Sequence record: MZ189262.1
Direction: 5' to 3' (one strand)
Source of the DNA: Escherichia phage W143
DNA length: 64,000 bases
This document shows positions 57,810 to 64,000 of this stretch, piece after piece. Numbering within the stretch: position 1 is the first letter of the stretch; the number at the start of each line of letters is the position of its first letter. The notes under the pieces were generated by a model that worked only from the letters and a program-made list of their open reading frames with translations, did not search any database and was not told the DNA's origin. Made by a program: the position numbers and the translations under genes.

Positions 57810-58147
57810 CTAGTACTCAATCCTCGATTATAAGAATCTACCAAACGGTCAACCATTGAATGACAAGCGGCTTTATCTTTCTCCTCCGCAACTGAACATT
57901 CTAAGGTATTCCACTTTTTAGCATATCGTTTTAACAATGTATCATTTTTATATCTGCTTGATTTATCTCTTTCTCCGTCTTTATATGCATATATTAATTT
58001 CTGCGCAAATTCAGCTTGGCATGCTTTATTTTTCCCGCAATAATCCGCGGCAGTACGGTTTACATACTCTCTAATTTCAGTATATGATGTATTTGCTAAC
58101 GCAGAAAATGAAATTAATCCTACACATAAAACCAAAATTTTAGTCAT
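57806..58147 (-). CDS. secreted Cys-containing protein (vs position)
   Basis: 113-aa ORF with signal peptide and four Cys. Confidence 0.5.
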   Translation of the reverse strand: MTKILVLCVGLISFSALANTSYTEIREYVNRTAADYCGKNKACQAEFAQKLIYAYKDGERDKSSRYKNDTLLKRYAKKWNTLECSVAEEKDKAACHSMVDRLVDSYNRGLSTR

Positions 58148-58685
58148 TTACTATTTCCAACAGTTTATTATTTTTAAGGTAGTTAGCCTTTTCTAGGACT
58201 TCAGAAGCATATTTAGAACCTGCTTTAACATTCCATCCCGAATTATAAGAGGATATTGCCTTTCTTATATCGCCCTTATGTATATTTAACCAATAAGAAA
58301 GTTCAATGTACGCCCAGGAAGCTGAATTGGACCGTTTATTCAACATTCTTTTTATTTCGGCATCGGTCATATTATAACCAAGTTCCTTAACTCTTGCTCG
58401 CATTGTCGGCAAATAATTTTGGAACATTCCATAGGCATGATGCTTTGGTTTAGATTTTAAATTAACTCCGGCAGAGCTTTCTTGCCATAAAATAGCAGCC
58501 ATTATATGACCTAATCCGCTCTTGTGGATATTTTTGTGTGTTTTATATTTTCCATCCTTAGAAAATTGTTCCCCGAATTGATACGCGTAACGCATGTTAT
58601 CGAGTTGGACATTACTGAAAGTATGCTCGGAGCTATGTGCCATCATAGAAATGGCCAATAGACCAGCGAGTAGTGCTTTTCTCAT
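58140..58685 (-). CDS. periplasmic lytic-transglycosylase-like protein
   Basis: 181-aa ORF with signal peptide; ES...AYGMFQ resembling Slt-family motifs. Confidence 0.5.
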   Translation of the reverse strand: MRKALLAGLLAISMMAHSSEHTFSNVQLDNMRYAYQFGEQFSKDGKYKTHKNIHKSGLGHIMAAILWQESSAGVNLKSKPKHHAYGMFQNYLPTMRARVKELGYNMTDAEIKRMLNKRSNSASWAYIELSYWLNIHKGDIRKAISSYNSGWNVKAGSKYASEVLEKANYLKNNKLLEIVND

Positions 58686-58692
58686 GCTTACC

Positions 58693-59154
58693 TCATTGAG
58701 TTTTAATTACTGCTTTAGAAGCCTTTCCTGGTAAACGACGACTGTTGATAATTGCCATCCTGCACTGAAGTGACGGGTCTTTGAACTTCGCATTAGGTTT
58801 ACAAACTGTAAATCCAAGCCAAAGATTTCCATCTGTGATTTCTAAACGTCCAGGACGATATTCAACCCCATCAATAAAATCCTCATCAATGTCAGGACGT
58901 GGAGGCATACTCAGGAATTCATTAACTTCTAAAACGTGGTCTTTTATTTTATGGAATAATTCAAAAACATATGTCTCATCAATCTCCCGTTGAATTGCAC
59001 GATCAAGAAGATGCTGAGAATATTTTAGATGAAACGATGAGACCCCTGCTGCTTTTGATGCCTCACGAATCTCATTGTTAATTTGGCGAAACTCCGACTC
59101 AAAGTGACGACGGAGCTTATTTCGACGGATAAAAACTTCTGTGTTGATAGTCAT
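58693..59154 (-). CDS. regB: RegB endoribonuclease
   Basis: 153-aa ORF MTINTEVFIRRNKLRRHFESEF...; recognisable as T4 RegB. Confidence 0.85.
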   Translation of the reverse strand: MTINTEVFIRRNKLRRHFESEFRQINNEIREASKAAGVSSFHLKYSQHLLDRAIQREIDETYVFELFHKIKDHVLEVNEFLSMPPRPDIDEDFIDGVEYRPGRLEITDGNLWLGFTVCKPNAKFKDPSLQCRMAIINSRRLPGKASKAVIKTQ

Positions 59155-59181
59155 GTTATTCTCCTCTTAACTGATAGAAAA

Positions 59182-59211
59182 ATTATACCATAGTCAAGAG
59201 GAAAAGTAAAC
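59182..59211 (-). promoter_or_regulatory. T4-type early promoter
   Basis: GTTTAC 59211-59206, 18 bp, TATAAT 59187-59182. Confidence 0.7.
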
Positions 59212-59213
59212 AG

Positions 59214-59534
59214 TTATTCTTTAAATCTAATCAATTTATTCATAGACTTTGTAACTTCTGCACGAACCTCATGTAGGTTTTTGAGCTGTTCAAGACGCTG
59301 CTCATAGTAAGCAATTTCATCTTCTTCGAGACAGTCCTGTGAATCTTCTTTAAGATAACGTGCGTAGTCCTGGAAAGCTTTACGGACTACTTCTTGGAAG
59401 TCATCAAGGCTTTGAATTTTCTTAGGAGCGACAGATACACGACGAGGGGCAGTATAATACTCATAACCAAACCCTGCGCTTAATTGGGCCATTAATATTT
59501 TTCCTCTGGTTGGAACACAGCACGACAAGCCCAC
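59214..59534 (-). CDS. hypothetical protein
   Basis: 106-aa ORF. Confidence 0.5.
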   Translation of the reverse strand: MGLSCCVPTRGKILMAQLSAGFGYEYYTAPRRVSVAPKKIQSLDDFQEVVRKAFQDYARYLKEDSQDCLEEDEIAYYEQRLEQLKNLHEVRAEVTKSMNKLIRFKE

Positions 59535-59758
59535 ATACTGGCTTCTTTGAGTTTCGTTTTAGCAATAGTTAACTGATCAAGACTTTCAGCATAATTCTTC
59601 GCGAATTCACAGTCTTCACAATTATCTAGTGCTTCCCAGAATTCATCATATAAAGCATCAAAGATAAGTCCTAAACGAACTTCAGCATCTTTGATAGCAT
59701 TCACTTTACCGATTTTCTCTTCAGTATGTGGCTTATAACCCTTAATATCTTCAATCAT
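59492..59758 (-). CDS. hypothetical protein
   Basis: 88-aa ORF. Confidence 0.5.
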   Translation of the reverse strand: MIEDIKGYKPHTEEKIGKVNAIKDAEVRLGLIFDALYDEFWEALDNCEDCEFAKNYAESLDQLTIAKTKLKEASMWACRAVFQPEEKY

Positions 59759-59972
59759 ATTTTACTTCCTCACCAGTACCTAAATCATATTCAACTAAAC
59801 GAATAGGTTCATGAATGCCATATCCCTGAACAGAAATTTCTGTCGTAGGATAAATTCCATCAATATCACCCATATTCCATGCTTCATTAAATTGCTGTTC
59901 GCCTGAATTACTAAACCATTCGGCGAAAGCATTTAGCACATCTTCAGAACCTTCAATAATTATCTTTGCCAT
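59751..59972 (-). CDS. hypothetical protein
   Basis: 73-aa ORF. Confidence 0.5.
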   Translation of the reverse strand: MAKIIIEGSEDVLNAFAEWFSNSGEQQFNEAWNMGDIDGIYPTTEISVQGYGIHEPIRLVEYDLGTGEEVKYD

Positions 59973-60334
59973 TACAGACTCTCGGTAAAGGTACGAGCGA
60001 TAACGTCGCGCTGCTGTTCCGGAGTCAGAGAGTTAAAGCGAACTGCATAACCGGATACACGGATGGTCAGCTGCGGATATTTTTCCGGATGCTTAACTGC
60101 ATCTTCCAGAGTTTCACGACGCAGAACGTTTACGTTCAGGTGTTGACCACCTTCAATTTTAACTGTAGGTTGTGTTTCAATTTCAATTTCACGGGCATGT
60201 AAACCGTAGAAAATTTCTGGGTCTACAAAAGAGTCCTCTTTAAAGGTTTTAGAGACAATAATTCGTGCTTGAATACCGTCTTCAAAATAAATAGTACCTT
60301 TATGTGTGCCTTCAAGAATTTGATATGCTTTCAT
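59972..60334 (-). CDS. autonomous glycyl radical cofactor GrcA/YfiD-like protein
   Basis: trimmed to MKAYQILEG; C-terminal half carries the RVSGYAVRF glycine-radical motif and is, from memory, near-identical to enterobacterial GrcA; locally GC-richer DNA. Confidence 0.7.
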   Translation of the reverse strand: MKAYQILEGTHKGTIYFEDGIQARIIVSKTFKEDSFVDPEIFYGLHAREIEIETQPTVKIEGGQHLNVNVLRRETLEDAVKHPEKYPQLTIRVSGYAVRFNSLTPEQQRDVIARTFTESL

Positions 60335-60342
60335 ATAACCTC

Positions 60343-60672
60343 TCAATTAGAAAATAAATTTATCCAAGATTGCTCTTTAATTAAAAATGGCTCAGAATCA
60401 TATGCCATTAAACTTTGGGTAATTAGTCCTTTAAAAGGCCCATCAATAAATTCCATGGTAAAATATGGAATTTTATTCATTAATCTTGCATTAGGAGCAG
60501 TGCACAAAACTCTGCATCCTTTGAATACGCCTTTTTGTAATTTGTATTGCTTAGGATAAAATTCGCTCAAGACGTTGTTATTTGCCAAAATTTCAAAATG
60601 ATTCACCAATTTATTTTTAATAGTTTTTGGCGAAAAATAAAGATATTCGAAAAGTTGCGTGTCTGTCATCAT
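60343..60672 (-). CDS. hypothetical protein
   Basis: track ORF trimmed to [10 protein letters not shown], abutting the upstream stop. Confidence 0.45.
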   Translation of the reverse strand: MMTDTQLFEYLYFSPKTIKNKLVNHFEILANNNVLSEFYPKQYKLQKGVFKGCRVLCTAPNARLMNKIPYFTMEFIDGPFKGLITQSLMAYDSEPFLIKEQSWINLFSN

Positions 60673-61208
60673 TGCATTCCGATTACGAAAAACTGCGGAC
60701 GAGTAATACCACCAATGCAACAATTACTATTGCAGCAGTGTTGTACAGTGTCAATATGGACGCTATAAATCTTATCCATATCAGGAGATTTAACAGGCTC
60801 ATCGATTATATACAAAATCCGCGAAAGCGATAAACCTCTGAACTTGCTTCCTTTATTACCGATAAAACTACGGACAGAATCGGTAAATAAACGAAAACGT
60901 ATATCATCATTAGAATAACGCGAAAATTCCTTTTTAATGTTATTTGCAGAAATTTTAGCGTAAGCTGAAGTATTAGAAAGAACAATAACTGTTCCACCGT
61001 CATACAACCAATTAGCGGCAAAATTAGTTACTGCAGTTGATTTACCGGATTGACGTCCACCATCTAGTCGAAGTGTGCAATACTGCTTAAGTAAGTCTTC
61101 AAATGGCGGGATATATTCGTTTTTACAAATTTCTTCTACTCTAGCATCAGAATGGTGTGTAAAAGCATTCATCAGGGATAGATAAGGACCAGTTAAAAAT
61201 GTTCTCAT
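60669..61208 (-). CDS. P-loop NTPase
   Basis: trimmed to MRTFLTGPY; Walker A GGRQSGKST, Walker B ILYIIDEP; track N-terminal extension lies in the repeat element. Confidence 0.5.
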   Translation of the reverse strand: MRTFLTGPYLSLMNAFTHHSDARVEEICKNEYIPPFEDLLKQYCTLRLDGGRQSGKSTAVTNFAANWLYDGGTVIVLSNTSAYAKISANNIKKEFSRYSNDDIRFRLFTDSVRSFIGNKGSKFRGLSLSRILYIIDEPVKSPDMDKIYSVHIDTVQHCCNSNCCIGGITRPQFFVIGMQ

Positions 61209-61224
61209 TTTATTCTCTCTAAAT

Positions 61225-61300
61225 TTGGGCCATTCCATGGCGCATGAATTGTCCATTTCTGTATTTACCCATTACCGCACTTGGGCTCGACCTTATTACA
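61225..61300 (-). repeat. about 75-bp intergenic repeat element, copy A
   Basis: about 80% identical to 61820-61895, including GGACAATTCATGCG and CGGTAAT blocks. Confidence 0.6.
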
Positions 61301-61448
61301 GGTTGGCGGGAATCCCTCACAGAATCATGAGGTCCAGCTTGTTCCCATGTTATTTGAATGTAAATATTTTTGCCTTAATACTTATACCAGTGTGGCTTCA
61401 TTAAAATTTTTTCATCGAGTCATTTTACCTCTCCAAGTAATTATGAAT

Positions 61449-61478
61449 ATACTATCACAATTTTAGGAGAAAGTAAAC
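61449..61478 (-). promoter_or_regulatory. T4-type early promoter
   Basis: GTTTAC 61478-61473, 18 bp, TAGTAT. Confidence 0.6.
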
Positions 61479-61480
61479 TA

Positions 61481-61783
61481 TTATTTACCTTTAATTACTT
61501 TAGCTGCTTCGATAGCCGCTTGCTGAAGGTCATCCATAGACATACCGAATTTAGAAGCAAAGTTATCAATTTTCTTTTCGACAGCATTCAAAGGCTTGGC
61601 CTGTTTACCTTCATTAGCGCCAGGAAGAGCGAGAATACGTTCTTTGTCAATATAAAGGCTTACAAGTTTCTTACGGTCTTTATCGGACAAATCATGAAAT
61701 GAATGGGCCTTTTTATTTATAGCGGCTTCTAATTTACCTGCACTCACTCGCGCTTCAGTAATAAATTCTTGATATGTTTTCAT
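61481..61783 (-). CDS. internal protein with capsid targeting sequence (IPII-like size)
   Basis: 100-aa ORF with N-terminal MKTYQEFITEA. Confidence 0.65.
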   Translation of the reverse strand: MKTYQEFITEARVSAGKLEAAINKKAHSFHDLSDKDRKKLVSLYIDKERILALPGANEGKQAKPLNAVEKKIDNFASKFGMSMDDLQQAAIEAAKVIKGK

Positions 61784-61819
61784 ATGTTTCCTTTAAATGT
61801 AAATAGTTTTATTCTTTAA

Positions 61820-61895
61820 GTTTGGGACAATTCGCACGCATGAATTGTCCGTTTCTATATTTATCTATTACCGGGTTCGAACTCGGCTTTATTAA
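61820..61895 (-). repeat. about 75-bp intergenic repeat element, copy B, with 9-bp perfect palindrome
   Basis: GGACAATTC-gcacgcat-GAATTGTCC hairpin; homologous to copy A. Confidence 0.6.
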
Positions 61896-62473
61896 GAATT
61901 ACCACGGGCTGCATTAGCAACGGCGTAAGCGTACTGAACATTAGCGTCTTTAAACGTACCTTTAGAGGTATCTAGTTCTGCCTTAAAGCCGCCTTTAGCC
62001 ATAACATCGGCAAATTCTTTACGGAAAGCCATTGCATCAAGACCTTTCCATGATGATTTGTGCTTAGCGAATTCAAGACCAGCGTAGTTGACAGCTTTAG
62101 CCAATTTATTATCAATGACCCATTTACCGGCTTTAGGCACAAACTTCGGGCCTTTTTGTTTAGAGAACAGTTTTAAATTCCAGCGACGAAGATCACTGTC
62201 GGCTTTAACAAAAGCTGCGTCTAAGTTACTAGCAACAACATCTTCAATATGAGCAAATTTAAGTCCGTCAACTTCAATATTTAAATCGGTACGCCAGCGA
62301 AGTCCTTCCCAAGCGAAAGCTTTAAAATCGGAAGCTTTTGTAGCTAAGTATCGTTCAATAGGGGCTGTTTTAGGGTCAAAGCCGTTTCCACCACGATAGT
62401 TCCACTCGTCCTTATTAATGCCTTTGGCCTTTACTACAGAAGCTTCAGCAATAAATTCTTGATACGTTTTCAT
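61892..62473 (-). CDS. internal protein with capsid targeting sequence (IPIII-like size)
   Basis: 193-aa ORF with N-terminal MKTYQEFIAEA. Confidence 0.65.
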   Translation of the reverse strand: MKTYQEFIAEASVVKAKGINKDEWNYRGGNGFDPKTAPIERYLATKASDFKAFAWEGLRWRTDLNIEVDGLKFAHIEDVVASNLDAAFVKADSDLRRWNLKLFSKQKGPKFVPKAGKWVIDNKLAKAVNYAGLEFAKHKSSWKGLDAMAFRKEFADVMAKGGFKAELDTSKGTFKDANVQYAYAVANAARGNS

Positions 62474-62499
62474 TTTTGTTCCTATTGTTTTAATTCATG

Positions 62500-62814
62500 T
62501 TATTCTTTAGGGAAGTTTTTAGAGTATGCGTCATAAAGTTTATTACCGATGCGTCGGAAAACTCTAGCTGCAAAACGGTTTTCAGGGTTTTTAATCATGA
62601 TTTGCATCATGTAAGTTCCTGCATCCGAAAGAGCTTCTTCATAGTACCCATTAATTTCTTTAAGAGTCCTACGTTTACCACCAGGACCATCAACAGTAAT
62701 TTTCCATTTACCTGTAGAAGTGCGGCTCGGTGGCTCAACTTGTTCAATCCAAATATAACCACCTTCAACGCGTTGGTTGGCGGATTCTGCAATAAATTCT
62801 TTATACGTTTTCAT
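62500..62814 (-). CDS. internal-protein-like gene with CTS
   Basis: 104-aa ORF with N-terminal MKTYKEFIAES. Confidence 0.6.
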   Translation of the reverse strand: MKTYKEFIAESANQRVEGGYIWIEQVEPPSRTSTGKWKITVDGPGGKRRTLKEINGYYEEALSDAGTYMMQIMIKNPENRFAARVFRRIGNKLYDAYSKNFPKE

Positions 62815-62844
62815 TTTTGTTTCCTTGTTTGTTTTGATAGAGTA

Positions 62845-62874
62845 ATTATACCATATTAATACTTAAGCGTAAAC
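62845..62874 (-). promoter_or_regulatory. T4-type early promoter
   Basis: GTTTAC 62874-62869, 18 bp, TATAAT 62850-62845. Confidence 0.7.
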
Positions 62875-62877
62875 CGT

Positions 62878-63138
62878 TTAAGCTTCACCGCCAGAAATAA
62901 TTCCGAAGTTGTTAAAATCGTATCCAATATCGTCAACATCTACTTTAGGACTTGCAGCAACATAAGCAATTTCACTACGTTTTGCATAGGTGTTGATTTC
63001 TTTACCATCACCACCTAAGAAAAAATACCCATTACGTTTTAATGAGCCAAAGTCTTCCGCATCACCAATGAAAGCTTTAACTTTAAATTTAGGACCTTTG
63101 GCATCTGCTTCAGCGATAAATTCTTGATACATTTTCAT
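62878..63138 (-). CDS. internal-protein-like gene with CTS
   Basis: 86-aa ORF with N-terminal MKMYQEFIAEA; directly downstream of denV. Confidence 0.6.
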   Translation of the reverse strand: MKMYQEFIAEADAKGPKFKVKAFIGDAEDFGSLKRNGYFFLGGDGKEINTYAKRSEIAYVAASPKVDVDDIGYDFNNFGIISGGEA

Positions 63139-63144
63139 TTTTCC

Positions 63145-63558
63145 TTAGTAAATTGATTTACCATAGTATTTGTACCAAGTAGGGCGTTGAGCAATTTTTT
63201 CATCTAAGCGAGCTTGACTTATCGCAATGGACGCTTCGGACGGGACATAATTATTACGAAATTCGACAGGGATGTCGGAAATATCCTGGACAGTCGTGTC
63301 CTTGATTTTGAAACCACGTTTCAAGCATTCAGCGATTAGCTCGATTTGACGTAAACGTAAAAATTCTAGTTTGTCGTAAAAGAATGTTACGTGACCTGTG
63401 CCTAAGATAAATGTTGGAGAGATTTTAAAATCCTTTACACGTTTACCGTTTTGAACATGTTTACGGACTGCACCAAATACGCGTGGTAATTCACGATACT
63501 CAGCCATAAGATGTTGGTCGGTCAGTTCAGAAACAAGTGTTAAATTGATACGAGTCAT
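63145..63558 (-). CDS. denV: endonuclease V (pyrimidine-dimer DNA glycosylase)
   Basis: start set at [12 protein letters not shown] (137 aa); recognisable as T4 DenV. Confidence 0.9.
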   Translation of the reverse strand: MTRINLTLVSELTDQHLMAEYRELPRVFGAVRKHVQNGKRVKDFKISPTFILGTGHVTFFYDKLEFLRLRQIELIAECLKRGFKIKDTTVQDISDIPVEFRNNYVPSEASIAISQARLDEKIAQRPTWYKYYGKSIY

Positions 63559-63585
63559 AATTTCCTCCAAGTAGTCGATGAATGT

Positions 63586-63615
63586 ATAGTATCAAAACCC
63601 TTGGAGGAAGTAAAC
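63586..63615 (-). promoter_or_regulatory. T4-type early promoter
   Basis: GTTTAC 63615-63610, 18 bp, TACTAT. Confidence 0.6.
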
Positions 63616-63617
63616 AA

Positions 63618-63899
63618 CTATTTTTCTGAAGCGCCTGAAATATATTTTTCAAGACGTTGTTTCATCAGCGAGCCGTTCTTAGCGATTTCTTCCGGTTTAT
63701 CGCACATACGCAACAAGGCTTCAAGCTTAACGATATCGCTGGTACGTTCAAATTTGCGAGTATCTATCTTACTAGCAAGTTCAGAAATACGTGCTAATAG
63801 ACTTTCGGCTTCAACCAAAGCTGCACCTAGCTTAGTTGCAAATGTGTCAGTAGCTTCGTTAAGAATAGATTCTGATAAAAATTCACTATATGTTTTCAT
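63618..63899 (-). CDS. internal protein with CTS (at the position ipII occupies after denV in T4)
   Basis: start set at [11 protein letters not shown] (93 aa). Confidence 0.6.
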   Translation of the reverse strand: MKTYSEFLSESILNEATDTFATKLGAALVEAESLLARISELASKIDTRKFERTSDIVKLEALLRMCDKPEEIAKNGSLMKQRLEKYISGASEK

Positions 63900-64000
63900 A
63901 TATACGCTTTCCAAGTTCCTGTTTTAAATGTTGAGATTACGCGTTTCGCGCGATTAGGTGTCTGACGATACCATTTAGATTGGGCTAGATTTACTGCTGC

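Noticed and set aside
61872-61888. GGTTCGAA-containing segment resembling a tRNA T-arm
   Set aside because: No acceptable stem pairing for a T-arm on either strand and no acceptor or anticodon arms nearby; it is part of the repeated ip-locus element.
1-64000. CRISPR array or other long direct-repeat array
   Set aside because: The only recurring short motifs are promoter elements (GTTTAC ... TATAAT) and UUCG hairpins at irregular spacing with unrelated intervening coding sequence; no repeat-spacer periodicity.

Overview
This window is the early/middle region of a T4-like (T-even, Tevenvirinae) coliphage genome, running from the rIIA stop codon to the internal-protein/denV locus. Nearly all genes are on the minus strand in T4-type synteny: rIIA, 39, motB-like, dexA, dda, srd, modA, modB, soc, 56, 61, sp, 41, 40, uvsX, a DXD glycosyltransferase, 42, imm, 43, regA, 62, 44, 45, rpbA, 46, 47, alpha-gt, 55, nrdH, nrdG, nrdD, 49, nrdC, a long block of uncharacterised nrdC-to-tk genes, rI, tk, regB and denV. 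It is not T4 itself: gene 39 is uninterrupted (no gene 60), nrdD has no intron, dam and the seg/mob homing-endonuclease genes are absent, and the ORF at the beta-gt position is a different glycosyltransferase. Intergenic regions carry about 21 T4-type early promoters (GTTTAC, 18 bp, TATAAT-like), several MotA-box middle promoters, one exact late promoter before soc, and many UUCG-tetraloop hairpins that often form terminator-promoter modules. The most interesting accessory content is an expanded cassette of capsid-targeting-sequence (internal protein) genes with repeated boundary elements, a run of five genes sharing a C-terminal coiled coil, an ART-like plus nucleotidyltransferase-fold pair, a macro-domain protein, and a GrcA-like gene with host-like composition. 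All calls rest on reading the sequence and on recalled family knowledge; no database search was run.
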